This document shows positions 34,129 to 43,832 of a stretch of DNA of 64,000 bases, in pieces. The position numbers were made by a program, and so were the translations under genes. Position 1 is the stretch's first letter. Each line of letters starts with the position of its first letter. Source of the DNA: Candidatus Doudnabacteria bacterium RIFCSPHIGHO2_01_48_18. Lineage in GTDB: Bacteria; Patescibacteriota; Doudnabacteria; UBA920; 2-01-FULL-46-14. The notes under the pieces are model-generated. The model did no database searches, was not told where the DNA came from, and worked only from the letters and a program-made list of their open reading frames with translations. The stretch covers positions 5,354 to 69,353 of the forward strand of contig MFEF01000002.1 of assembly GCA_001777515.1 (NCBI GenBank). The letters are read 5' to 3'.

Positions 34129-35589
34129 ATGACGGAAAAAGAAGAGAAACTCTATCAGGACCGGCTCAAAAAACTCGAGACCCTGAAAAAAGCAGGCATT
34201 GATCCTTACCCTGCCGAGGCTGCTCGTGACCACAGCGTGGCCGAAGTTTTGGCAGATTTTGCCAAGCTCTCCAAAGGCAGGAAAAAGATTACGCTTGTGG
34301 GACGAATAAAAGCGCTGCGCGTTCATGGCGGTTTGGTTTTTGGCAATATTGAGGACGGTTCAGGTTCCATGCAGTTTATGCTGCGGGAGGAAGATTTAGG
34401 CAAAGACAAGCTGGAGCTGTTTGCCAATTTTGACATGGGTGATTTTTTTGCAGCTACAGGATCATTGATCGAAACCAAACGCGGCGAAAAAACTTTACTG
34501 CTTTCCGAATTTAAAATGCTAACCAAGAGCCTGAGAGCGCTGCCTGATCAGTTTCACGGCCTGAAAGACACGGAAACCAGACTGCGCAAGCGCTACCTCG
34601 ATTTGCTTGCTAACCCAGAGGTCAGAGAGATGTTCAGAAAAAAATCTGTGTTTTGGAATACAGTAAGAGAGTATTTGGTTAAGCGCGGATTTTTGGAGGT
34701 TGAAACGCCAGTGCTCGAAGCAGTACCAGGCGGCGCAGAAGCCGAGCCATTCATTACGCACCATAACGCGCTTGCTCGTGATTTTTATCTGCGCATTTCC
34801 CTGGAGCTTCCTCTGAAGCGTCTGCTTGTCGGCGGCTATGAAAAAGTTTTTGAAATCGGCCGTATCTTCCGCAACGAAGGAATTTCGACTGAGCATCTTC
34901 AGGATTATACGCAGATGGAATTTTACTGGGCTTACGCAGATTACAATGATTTGATGGGAATGCTTGGAGAGCTTTATCCGCAAATCGTAAAGAATTTATT
35001 TGGCACTACTAAGGTTACGAATCAAAGCGTGGAAATTGACTGGGGCAAAAAATGGAAACGATATGATTATTACGATCTCTTCCAGGAGCATACTGGGATA
35101 GATCTTTCGAAAACCACTGTAGCAGAGTTAAAAGCAAAAGCTGAACAGCTCAAAATCAGGTACGAAAAATTTGCTGATAAGGGTAGGCTCATTGATTTGA
35201 TTTACAAAAAGACGGTTAGACCGAAATTGATTGAGCCGGGATTTCTTCTAGACCCTCCTGTGGAAATCGAGCCGCTTGCCAAACGAACTCCCAAAGACCC
35301 CAATAGAGTCGAGCGGGTTCAGGTTATGGCATGGGGCACTGAGCTTGGAAAAGGATTTTCCGAACTCAATGATCCGATTGACCAGCGGGGCCGCTTTGAA
35401 GATCAAATGAAGCTTCGGGAGGCTGGCGACAAGGAAGCGCAGCAGCTTGACGAAGATTTTGTAGAAGCCCTGGAATTTGGCATGCCACCGGCTGCTGGTT
35501 TTGGCATGTCAGAGCGATTGTTCGCGGTACTAATGGATAAATCAGTCAGAGAGACAGTTATTTTCCCGCCGATGAAAGAAAGTAAATGA
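34129..35589 (+). CDS. lysS: lysine--tRNA ligase (class II)
   Basis: OB-fold N-terminus, class II motifs FRNEGISTEH and GFGMSERLFAVLMD. An extended -10 TGGTATAAT lies 13 nt upstream of the ATG. Confidence 0.9.
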   Translation: MTEKEEKLYQDRLKKLETLKKAGIDPYPAEAARDHSVAEVLADFAKLSKGRKKITLVGRIKALRVHGGLVFGNIEDGSGSMQFMLREEDLGKDKLELFANFDMGDFFAATGSLIETKRGEKTLLLSEFKMLTKSLRALPDQFHGLKDTETRLRKRYLDLLANPEVREMFRKKSVFWNTVREYLVKRGFLEVETPVLEAVPGGAEAEPFITHHNALARDFYLRISLELPLKRLLVGGYEKVFEIGRIFRNEGISTEHLQDYTQMEFYWAYADYNDLMGMLGELYPQIVKNLFGTTKVTNQSVEIDWGKKWKRYDYYDLFQEHTGIDLSKTTVAELKAKAEQLKIRYEKFADKGRLIDLIYKKTVRPKLIEPGFLLDPPVEIEPLAKRTPKDPNRVERVQVMAWGTELGKGFSELNDPIDQRGRFEDQMKLREAGDKEAQQLDEDFVEALEFGMPPAAGFGMSERLFAVLMDKSVRETVIFPPMKESK

Positions 35590-36185
35590 AACTGCTGCTA
35601 GGGACCACCAATCCCGGAAAGATTGCGGATTACACGAAATATTTGCAGGATATGCGCCTCGAGATTGTCACTCTTAAGGATTTAGGACTGATTGTGGAAG
35701 AACCGCTGGAGATAGGAGAGACGTATAAGGACAACGCTCTTTTGAAAGCCAGATTTTACGCGGAGAGAACCGAATACCCGACGCTAGCTGATGACGGAGG
35801 GTTTGAGGCCGAAGCGCTCGATGGCTGGCCTGGCTTGGAAAGCAAGCGCTGGGTGGGGCCGCACGGCACAGACCAGGACAGAGTGAATAAGCTGATGGAA
35901 ATGATGAAGGGTGAGAAAAATCGCGGGGCCAAGCTAATTCTCACAGTGTGCGTCTATCTGCCTGCGGCACGGGAAGCGATATTCGTGGAAAACGCGATTG
36001 AAGGAATCATTCCAGAGAAGCCCGGTGCGAAGATGGTTGAAGGGTTTCCTTACCGCTCCGTGCTGTTTCTCCCGCAGTATAATAAATTTTACATCGATTT
36101 ATCTGGAGAAGAACACGAAGAAATCAATCACCGCAGGCAAGCTTGCAAAGAATTACTATTAAAACTTGAGCCGTATCTGAATTAG
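35586..36185 (+). CDS. non-canonical purine NTP pyrophosphatase (Ham1/RdgB-family ITPase)
   Basis: MKLLLGTTNPGKIADY (S/T-x-N-x-GK motif) and a Ham1-like C-terminus. Overlaps lysS by 4 nt. Confidence 0.6.
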   Translation: MKLLLGTTNPGKIADYTKYLQDMRLEIVTLKDLGLIVEEPLEIGETYKDNALLKARFYAERTEYPTLADDGGFEAEALDGWPGLESKRWVGPHGTDQDRVNKLMEMMKGEKNRGAKLILTVCVYLPAAREAIFVENAIEGIIPEKPGAKMVEGFPYRSVLFLPQYNKFYIDLSGEEHEEINHRRQACKELLLKLEPYLN

Positions 36186-36213
36186 TAACGAATAACAGAT
36201 AACGAGTAACAAA

Positions 36214-37452
36214 ATGCTAGATATCAAATTTATCAGAGAAAATCAGAAGCTCATTGAAAAAAATAACAAAGATCGAGGTGTGAAGCTTGATCTGGGAAGG
36301 CTTTTAGAATTGGACGAGAAACGGCGCGCACAGATCCACGAGATCGATTTGAAACGCGCGGAACTGAAAAAATCCTCCAAGGTAAAACCAGTACCCGACG
36401 AAATAAAAAAACTGAAAAAACTCGGTGAGACCATCAAGAAAACGGAAAGCGAGCTGGCAAAAACTGAAACCCAGTTCAAGGAACTTCTCCAGAAGGTGCC
36501 AAACCTTACGCACGCAGACGCTCCTGTTGGCGGCGAAAATGATTTCAAGATTCTCGAGACTGCTGGCAGGCCACCTAAATTTGATTTTAAAGCCAAGGAT
36601 CATGAACAGCTTCTCACTAATCTTGACCTGATTGATTTTGAACGCGGCGCAAAGGTCGCGGAAAGCAAATTTTATTTTGCCAAAAAAGATCTCGTGCGTT
36701 TGAACCAGTCATTGATCAGCTATGGGATTGATGTGCTTTCAGGCCATGGCTACACGCTTGTTGAGACTCCAGACCTTGCAAAAAATAAAATCTTGGAGGG
36801 AATTGGATTCAATCCGCGCGGTCCCGAGACCCAGGTCTATTCTGTAGAAAATACAGAGCTCAGCTTGATAGGTACCGCGGAAATAACAATGGGTGGATAT
36901 CACGCTGATGAGGTTTTGGATCTATCAAGGGGGGCGAAGCGATATGCCGCACTCTCTCACTGTTTTCGGACAGAGGCTGGCGCCTACGGCAAAGAGAGTA
37001 AAGGACTTTACCGCGTCCATCAATTTACAAAGCTGGAGATGTTCGTTTATTGCAAGCCAGAAGACAGCGAGGATATGCACGCAGAGCTTTTATCCATAGA
37101 AAAAGAAATTTGTGATGGATTAAAAATACCTTATCGTGTCATTGATATCGCTAGCGGAGATTTGGGGGCTCCCGCGTACCGTAAATACGACATCGAAGCG
37201 TGGATGGTTATAAAAAATGATTATGGGGAGATTACCAGCACCAGTAACTGTACTGATTATCAAGCCAGAAGACTGAATATCAAATACAAAAATCCTGACG
37301 GATCGAGCGAGTTTGTGCATACTCTAAATGGTACTGCGATTGTGACCAGCAGGTTTCCTTTGGCTATTGTCGAAAATCATCAGCAAAAGGATGGATCAGT
37401 CCGTTTACCAAAGATTTTGCAAAAATATATGGGTAAAGAGGAGATTCGATGA
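36214..37452 (+). CDS. serS: serine--tRNA ligase
   Basis: MLDIKFIRENQKLIEKN ... N-terminal coiled coil, class II core (FRTEAGAYGKESKGLYRVHQFTKLEMF). Confidence 0.9.
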   Translation: MLDIKFIRENQKLIEKNNKDRGVKLDLGRLLELDEKRRAQIHEIDLKRAELKKSSKVKPVPDEIKKLKKLGETIKKTESELAKTETQFKELLQKVPNLTHADAPVGGENDFKILETAGRPPKFDFKAKDHEQLLTNLDLIDFERGAKVAESKFYFAKKDLVRLNQSLISYGIDVLSGHGYTLVETPDLAKNKILEGIGFNPRGPETQVYSVENTELSLIGTAEITMGGYHADEVLDLSRGAKRYAALSHCFRTEAGAYGKESKGLYRVHQFTKLEMFVYCKPEDSEDMHAELLSIEKEICDGLKIPYRVIDIASGDLGAPAYRKYDIEAWMVIKNDYGEITSTSNCTDYQARRLNIKYKNPDGSSEFVHTLNGTAIVTSRFPLAIVENHQQKDGSVRLPKILQKYMGKEEIR

Positions 37453-38213
37453 CAGAAAAGCAGGTCGTGGTCGCCAACCAGCTAGTGAACTATTTAAGCA
37501 ATGAGGTCGTTGATCCAGCCGCACAAACGGTTGTTTTTTTACACGGCTGGCGTTCAGAGGCTGCGGTTTGGCGGCCAGTAATGGACAGGCTCGGCCGCCG
37601 CTACAGGCAATTTGCCCTGGATCTTCCTGGCTTTGGCAAATCCGAGAAGCCAAAACATATCTTTACCCTTGTTGATTATGCAACCGTGGTTCTAGGGTTT
37701 ATCAAAAAAATGGAACTAAAAAAAATCGTCGTGGTCGGACATTCGTTCGGTGGCCGCGTGGTTATCAAGTTGTCTGCGTTGGAACCTGATATCGTGGAAA
37801 AATTAATCTTGGTTGACAGTGCTGGTTTTAGGCTTCATGGAAAAAGGAATGCCGTGCTGCGCATCGTAGCTAAAATGCTTAAGCCATTTTTTATGATACC
37901 TGGACTAAGGACGCTTCGCTTGCCTATTTACCGCGTCATGGGAGCCGAGGATTACCTGGCCACCCCCGAGCTTCGTGAAACCTTTCTTAATGTTATCAAT
38001 GAGGATCTCACCGCTCTGCTGGGGTACGTCAGGCAGGAAACTTTGATTGTGTGGGGCGGCAGAGACGAGGATACCCCCCTTATGTTAGCTATGTGGCTAA
38101 AAGAACATATCCCACATTCGGATTTGGTGATTTTCCATAACGCGGGGCATTTTAGTTTTCTTGATGAGCCCGATAAATTTGTAGGAACGGTGCGTGATTT
38201 TCTAAAAGCCTGA
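37449..38213 (+). CDS. alpha/beta-hydrolase fold protein
   Basis: VVGHSFGGRV (GxSxG nucleophile elbow) and HG oxyanion motif (VFLHGW). Confidence 0.65.
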   Translation: MTEKQVVVANQLVNYLSNEVVDPAAQTVVFLHGWRSEAAVWRPVMDRLGRRYRQFALDLPGFGKSEKPKHIFTLVDYATVVLGFIKKMELKKIVVVGHSFGGRVVIKLSALEPDIVEKLILVDSAGFRLHGKRNAVLRIVAKMLKPFFMIPGLRTLRLPIYRVMGAEDYLATPELRETFLNVINEDLTALLGYVRQETLIVWGGRDEDTPLMLAMWLKEHIPHSDLVIFHNAGHFSFLDEPDKFVGTVRDFLKA

Positions 38214-38214
38214 C

Positions 38215-39561
38215 ATGTTTAAAGCTGTCAAAAGGTTTATATATTTACTGCAGCTTGATAATTATAGCCTCGGCCGGTTTTGGCATGTCATTGTAAAAAA
38301 ACCTTTTTCCGCGGAGCAAGCCCGTCAGAAAATAATCTGGACTCCAAAACTTGCTCTCATTTTTTCTACGGCTTTATTTTTGCAACTCGCAGCTTCGTAT
38401 TTGATCGCTAGACCGCTGGTAGCGCACGAGGTGTATCTCGGACTTTTTCCAATCGCATTTTTATTTCTGTTCATTTTGCTGAGTTTTTTTCATTTTCTTT
38501 TTTTGAGCCTCGCGGTAGTTGCGCTTTCTCCTCTAGATTATTCGGTCAAAGGTTTTTTAGCGGCGCGGGCCAAAAATAAGATTCGCGTCCAAAAGGATTT
38601 GAAAATCATCGGCATTACCGGCAGCTACGGCAAAACCACCATGAAAGAAATTTTAGCCACGGTGCTGTCAGTGAAGTACAAGGTTTTGAAAACTCCTGAC
38701 AGCGTAAATACTCCAGTTGGAATCTCCAGGCTTATTCTCAAGGACTTAACTGCGGATAAGGAGATTTTTATCGTGGAAATGGGGGCCTACCGCAGGGGCG
38801 AGATTAAAGCTCTTTGCGAAATCGCGACCCCTGACATTGCTGTGCTGACAGGCATCAACGAAGCGCATTTAGAGAGATTCGGCAGCATTGAAAATACGAT
38901 CAAGGCGAAATTTGAAATCGTCGAAAATGCCAAGTCTGACGCTTTGATTGTTTTGAATAATGACAACTTTTTCGTGCGCGAAAATTATAAATTCCATCTG
39001 GGGACGCGCGGCGTAGATTTTTATAAAGCCACAGAGCGGCAGCTCGATTATCCGGCTGTGCCTTTGCTTGGCGAATATATTTGGGGCACGATAAATGCCT
39101 GTGTTATAATTGCAAAGAAGCTTGGCATGAATGACCAGGAGATTCTGCGCGGAATAGCGAAAATCAAACCGGTTCCGCACCGCCTCGAAAAGATTGAAAA
39201 TCCCAATGGCATTACTATTATCGACGACAGTTACAATGGCAATCCCGACGGAGTCAAGGAAGCTATAAAGGTCTTGGGCAAATTTGAAGGCAGACGGAAA
39301 ATTTACATTACGCCTGGGCTCGTCGAAGCAGGGGAAAGAATAAAAACAGTTCATAACCGCATTGGTGAGAGTTTAAATCCAGTCGCAGATCTTGTGATTT
39401 TGATCAAGAATTCTGTCACGCCGTTTATCGCCGAAAAGCTTGATCCGAAAAAAGTCATATGGTTTGAGAGCGCGCAGGAGGCGCACGCTTCACTACCGAA
39501 CATTCTCAAATCAGGAGACGTGATTTTGTTCCAAAATGACTGGCCAGACAACTATATCTAA
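38215..39561 (+). CDS. murF: UDP-N-acetylmuramoyl-tripeptide--D-alanyl-D-alanine ligase with unusual hydrophobic N-terminal ~120 aa
   Basis: Mur ligase P-loop IIGITGSYGKTTMKEIL and the middle/C-terminal domains. It is immediately followed by ddl. The N-terminal region contains 2-3 predicted TM helices. Confidence 0.7.
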   Translation: MFKAVKRFIYLLQLDNYSLGRFWHVIVKKPFSAEQARQKIIWTPKLALIFSTALFLQLAASYLIARPLVAHEVYLGLFPIAFLFLFILLSFFHFLFLSLAVVALSPLDYSVKGFLAARAKNKIRVQKDLKIIGITGSYGKTTMKEILATVLSVKYKVLKTPDSVNTPVGISRLILKDLTADKEIFIVEMGAYRRGEIKALCEIATPDIAVLTGINEAHLERFGSIENTIKAKFEIVENAKSDALIVLNNDNFFVRENYKFHLGTRGVDFYKATERQLDYPAVPLLGEYIWGTINACVIIAKKLGMNDQEILRGIAKIKPVPHRLEKIENPNGITIIDDSYNGNPDGVKEAIKVLGKFEGRRKIYITPGLVEAGERIKTVHNRIGESLNPVADLVILIKNSVTPFIAEKLDPKKVIWFESAQEAHASLPNILKSGDVILFQNDWPDNYI

Positions 39562-39566
39562 ATAAC

Positions 39567-40754
39567 ATGGCAAACTTGAAAATTTCTATCGGGGCGAACA
39601 TCGGCGTATTTTTCGGCAGCCGCAGTCCAGAACATGATATTTCAATAATCACCGGACAGCTCATCATTTCTGGCCTCAAGAAGATGGGCATGAAAGTCGT
39701 GCCAGTTTATCTTGATAAAGAAGGCATGTGGCGGATTGGCGATGATCTGGGAAATCTCAAGACCTTTACCGAAGATAAAAGCCTTGCTGGTTTCGAAAAG
39801 TATTACCTTGACCTCGAAAAATCACAAGGTAGGCTGGTATTTCGCAAAAAAGGCCTGGCTGGAAAAGAAATCATCGTTGATCTGGCGTTCCCGGCTTTCC
39901 ACGGGGCCAAAGGCGAGGACGGCGCTGTCCAGGGCTTGTTTGAAATGTTCAACGTGCCATACGTTGGTTGCCCAGTGCCCGCCAGCGCGGTTGCCATGGA
40001 TAAAATTCTCACTAAACAGTTTTATAAAGCGAACAATATCCCGACTACGGAATTCGTTTCTTTCAGGCTCGCAGACTGGCTGACGGACAAGAACGCAATA
40101 ATTAAAAATATCTCCAAGCTAAAATGGCCACTATTTGTAAAGCCGCCCTTGCTTGGTTCGTCTATCGGTATCACTAAGGCCCACAATCAAAAAGAACTAG
40201 AGTTTGGCGTTGAGGTTGCCTTGCATTACGGAAACACAGTCCTCGTTGAAGAGGGCGTGGAAAAGCTTGTGGATGTGACGTGCGCGGTTTTGGGACATGC
40301 GAACCCCAAGGCCTCGTTTTTGCAAGAATCAGTTTTTGAAAAAGAGCTTTTGTCTTATGACGACAAATATTTAAACGATGGGGGAGCGCAGACCGGCAAA
40401 TCCTCGAAGAGCGTAGTGATTCCGGCCAGGCTTGATGACAAAACCACCAAGGAAATCCAGGAAATGTCAGTGAAAATCTTCAAACTTCTCGGTTGCAGCG
40501 GTATCGCGCGTTTTGATTTTCTCTACAACAAAGAAACCAGGCAGTATTTTGCCAACGAAATAAATCCGCTGCCCGGCACGCTTTATCATCACCTATGGCA
40601 AAAAACCGGCGTCGAGCTTGACCAGCTTTTGCAAACGCTCTTGGATAGCGCAAAGGAAGCGCAAGATGAAAAAAATCGTTACAAGACTACCTTTGAGTCT
40701 GACATCTTAAAAATGGCGAAATCTACCAAGCTCAATTTGAAAAAAGATGGTTAG
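39567..40754 (+). CDS. ddl: D-alanine--D-alanine ligase
   Basis: IGVFFGSRSPEHDISIITG ... FHGAKGEDGAVQGLFEMFNVPYVGC ... ATP-grasp. Confidence 0.85.
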   Translation: MANLKISIGANIGVFFGSRSPEHDISIITGQLIISGLKKMGMKVVPVYLDKEGMWRIGDDLGNLKTFTEDKSLAGFEKYYLDLEKSQGRLVFRKKGLAGKEIIVDLAFPAFHGAKGEDGAVQGLFEMFNVPYVGCPVPASAVAMDKILTKQFYKANNIPTTEFVSFRLADWLTDKNAIIKNISKLKWPLFVKPPLLGSSIGITKAHNQKELEFGVEVALHYGNTVLVEEGVEKLVDVTCAVLGHANPKASFLQESVFEKELLSYDDKYLNDGGAQTGKSSKSVVIPARLDDKTTKEIQEMSVKIFKLLGCSGIARFDFLYNKETRQYFANEINPLPGTLYHHLWQKTGVELDQLLQTLLDSAKEAQDEKNRYKTTFESDILKMAKSTKLNLKKDG

Positions 40755-41634
40755 AGAATCGCGTTTTCGCAATCCAGAGTTTCAGGAAAAATTGGCCAGG
40801 GCAAGGCGCTATGAGCGAAAGACTGGCCTTTATTTTAGCTGGCGGAGTTTTATTATTCTCGGCTTGTTTTTGACCGCTGTTTATTTTTTAGCCATTTCCA
40901 AAAAGTTTTTGGTTACGCAAGCCGCGGTAAGCGGTACGGGAGCGAGCGCCGAAGAAATCAGCGCAGTGCTTACACGAATGCGCAATGAGCGTTTCGGTTA
41001 CGTGATTCCGCGAAACCATATTCTCATTCTCGATGAAGAAAAATTGCTATTTGAAATCCAGCAGGAATTTCCCGCTGTCAGAAGCATTTCCGCTTTAAAA
41101 AAAATCTGGCCGGACCAGATCGCCGTTGCCATCGAAGAGCGTGTTCCAAAATATGTTTGGCAGAGCGGCAGTGATTTTTACCTATTGGATCAGGACGGAG
41201 TTGTTTTTCAAGCAATTGCTTCCTATGCGCCGGAAACCTTTTCCCAGGCTCTGATCATCGATACCTCAGCCGCGCCCGTGACCGCAGGCGAAGGCCTAAG
41301 TATAAAGCCGATTTTAGAATTTGTAAGCAGAGCCAAGGATGCCTGGCAAACTCATATCAATCAGGCCGGGCTAGTACATTTTTCCGTTCCCGGCGGAAAA
41401 AGCCAGGATATTTTGGTGAAAACCACAATCGGTTTCAATGTACTTTTCGATCTCGAGCGCGATCCTGTCGAACAGCTCGAGAACCTCAAGATCCTATTGA
41501 ACCGGGAGATATTGCCGGAGACCCATGGCGGACTTTCCTATATAGACTTGCGCTTGCCTCACATGGCGTATTATTGTTATAAGGATGCGCCTTGCGCGCC
41601 AGAATACGCAACTTCAACCCAGCCCAGCATATGA
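40747..41634 (+). CDS. ftsQ: cell division protein FtsQ/DivIB-like (POTRA domain)
   Basis: N-terminal TM IILGLFLTAVYFLAI, followed by a POTRA-like region (IPRNHILILDEEKLLFEIQQEFPAVRSI). It sits directly after ddl. Confidence 0.55.
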   Translation: MVRESRFRNPEFQEKLARARRYERKTGLYFSWRSFIILGLFLTAVYFLAISKKFLVTQAAVSGTGASAEEISAVLTRMRNERFGYVIPRNHILILDEEKLLFEIQQEFPAVRSISALKKIWPDQIAVAIEERVPKYVWQSGSDFYLLDQDGVVFQAIASYAPETFSQALIIDTSAAPVTAGEGLSIKPILEFVSRAKDAWQTHINQAGLVHFSVPGGKSQDILVKTTIGFNVLFDLERDPVEQLENLKILLNREILPETHGGLSYIDLRLPHMAYYCYKDAPCAPEYATSTQPSI

Positions 41635-42311
41635 AAAACATTTATGTAATCTCAGTCGGTGGTTCGCTCATCGCTCCTGATGGCATCGATAAAAATTTTT
41701 TGAAGAAATTTTGCTTGGCGCTAATGACATCTGCCAAAGGCAAGCAGTTTGTCGTCATTCCTGGCGGCGGAGCAACTGCCAGGCAGTATCAGAAAGCCGC
41801 CGAGGAACTTGGTAAAGCAAGCAATGATGATCTTGATTGGATTGGCATTGCCGCGAATGTTTTGCATTCCCATTTCCTGCGCGCGATTTTTGGCAAATAC
41901 GCTCACCCAGGGATCGTGGAGCTGAATTCGAAAACACCTGATATCAAAAAATCGATAGCAATCGCTCGCGGTGGATTGAAACCGGGAGGGACATCTGACA
42001 GCACGGCTGTAAAGTTTGCAGAAAAATTTAAAGCTAAAACCGTCATCAACCTCACCAACGTTTCAGGTGTTTATGACCGCGATCCGCGCAAATTTAAGAA
42101 TGCAAAACTGATCCCCCACATGTCTTGGGCGCAGCTAAAAAAACAATTTGGCACCAAAAAAACACCGGGGCGCAATCTGCCGTTCGATTCGGCAGCCGCG
42201 GATATGGCCGCGAAACTAAAATTGTGCGCAGCGATCATGAATGGCCGCGACCTTAAAAACTTTCAGAGTTTTCTAGACGGTCAAGCTTTTACCGGAACGC
42301 TGATTCAATAA
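41631..42311 (+). CDS. pyrH: amino-acid-kinase-family protein, archaeal-type UMP kinase-like
   Basis: ISVGGSLI, VVIPGGGATARQY, GGLKPGGTSDSTAVKFAE and LTNVSGVYDRDP align with Pyrococcus UMPK motifs (DIGGSVL, VVVGGGKLARKY, GGTHPGHTTDAVAALLAE, ITNVDGVYTADP). ATG 41631 overlaps the ftsQ stop. Confidence 0.6.
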   Translation: MKNIYVISVGGSLIAPDGIDKNFLKKFCLALMTSAKGKQFVVIPGGGATARQYQKAAEELGKASNDDLDWIGIAANVLHSHFLRAIFGKYAHPGIVELNSKTPDIKKSIAIARGGLKPGGTSDSTAVKFAEKFKAKTVINLTNVSGVYDRDPRKFKNAKLIPHMSWAQLKKQFGTKKTPGRNLPFDSAAADMAAKLKLCAAIMNGRDLKNFQSFLDGQAFTGTLIQ

Positions 42312-42383
42312 CATTCGTAATTAAGATATTACGTAAAACCAAGCAATTGCTTGAAAATGCGTAATGAAAATAAATTTAAAATT

Positions 42384-43832
42384 TCAATTGACTGTGTATC
42401 GAGTTACGTAGATGTGGCCTTTAAAGCCAGGAGCGTCAGCATAGGAGCGCTCGCTCTGTTCACGCCAATTTTTGGGAAGGCCGGGTTTGGACCCGCCGAA
42501 GCCAGTGGTCCAAAGAAGCCAGACAGTCTGGCCCTTTTTAAATTTATCCAGGTCCAAAATGAGGTCGTCATCAGTGAGGATCGCAGTTCCGGAAAAATGC
42601 GGGATGTCCCTGAGGCGGCGGTCAGAGATGAGCTGCGGGTCAATCCCGGTTTCATTATAGTATTTGAAAGTAAAATAGATAAAGCTCGAGCCCACAATGA
42701 TTTTATCGTTGCTGCCAGCTTCGATGTTCACGACCTCAGACGCGGCAGCCATGCCTGGTTTGCCTTTGATATCCATGACCTGCCAGTTGCCAAAAAAAGC
42801 GTAAGTCATTGCCCCGAGGAAAATCACAACAAGGGGGATTTGTATGGCACGCTTGCCAATATGCCACAGCGCGAGCATCACGAGCAGGGAAAAGAAGCTC
42901 GAGGCAAACACAAAGTAGCGATCAAGATAAATGTCAGTCTTAAGCGACAGCAGAACCGCGGCTGCGACCGGCATGAGCACGCTCGCGACCACAAACCATT
43001 TGTAAAAATTGGATGATTTTTTGATGACGTAAAAGAATATCAGCAATGTTACCAGGGTTGCGATCACCAGAACACTGTTTCGAACTCCTGTCCCGCCAAA
43101 GATCATTTTCCAAAGCGTGCCTGGAATCGACCAGGCATTCATGGGCGGAATCCAGTACGATTCCTGTACTCTTGCCACCTGCTGCATAAATGTGGGCAGC
43201 CACGGAACATAGAGAATGGCAGCGCCTGCGTAGACAGCTGCGGCAGCCAGAATATTTTTGTAACTGCGGTATTTGATGATATGCATCAAAATAAACAATC
43301 CCTGAGCCGCGATAGTAAACACCAGATAATAATGCGTGTAAAGCATGGCGGCGACTGTGAGACTGTAACCAATCCAGTACTTTTTACGTACACCTTCGCT
43401 CTGCAGGGCCTTGGCCATAAAATAGCTTGACCAGAGGGCCAAAAACGTCCCTAGCGTGTACATTCGCGCCTCCAGGGCATATTGGATCTGAAACGGATTG
43501 AGAGCGATTGCCAGGGCAGCTAGAAGCGCTAAACGGCGGCCCCAGGCGACTTTGACAAACGCGTATGCTGCCCAAACGGTCAGAACGCCAAAAATTATGG
43601 ACAGCAGGCGCAGAGACATGAGGTGCTCCCCGGCAAAACCAGTCCACAGCCTGAGGATCCAGTAGTAGAGCGGGGGATGAACATCAAGGCCAATGCGGTA
43701 CATCATTTCATCCCAGGAATAGCGCATATAAAGCGCGGAAAAAGCTTCGTCGTGCCACAGGGCAAGCGCTGTGTTGTTGTAAAACCGCAGCAGACCAGCA
43801 ATGATTAAGATCGGGTATATGAAGAGGCTCAT
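42384..43832 (-). CDS. GT39/GT83 (PMT_2, ArnT-like) polytopic membrane glycosyltransferase
   Basis: N-terminal loop motif LALWHDEAFSALY (DE). About 11 TM segments. 482 aa. Overlaps the upstream paralog by 4 nt. Confidence 0.7.
   Translation of the reverse strand: MSLFIYPILIIAGLLRFYNNTALALWHDEAFSALYMRYSWDEMMYRIGLDVHPPLYYWILRLWTGFAGEHLMSLRLLSIIFGVLTVWAAYAFVKVAWGRRLALLAALAIALNPFQIQYALEARMYTLGTFLALWSSYFMAKALQSEGVRKKYWIGYSLTVAAMLYTHYYLVFTIAAQGLFILMHIIKYRSYKNILAAAAVYAGAAILYVPWLPTFMQQVARVQESYWIPPMNAWSIPGTLWKMIFGGTGVRNSVLVIATLVTLLIFFYVIKKSSNFYKWFVVASVLMPVAAAVLLSLKTDIYLDRYFVFASSFFSLLVMLALWHIGKRAIQIPLVVIFLGAMTYAFFGNWQVMDIKGKPGMAAASEVVNIEAGSNDKIIVGSSFIYFTFKYYNETGIDPQLISDRRLRDIPHFSGTAILTDDDLILDLDKFKKGQTVWLLWTTGFGGSKPGLPKNWREQSERSYADAPGFKGHIYVTRYTVN

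Noticed and set aside
42351-43016. 221-aa + strand ORF
   Set aside because: It is antisense to the GT39-like gene 42384..43832, whose TM-rich product and DE motif are convincing, so this is a shadow ORF.
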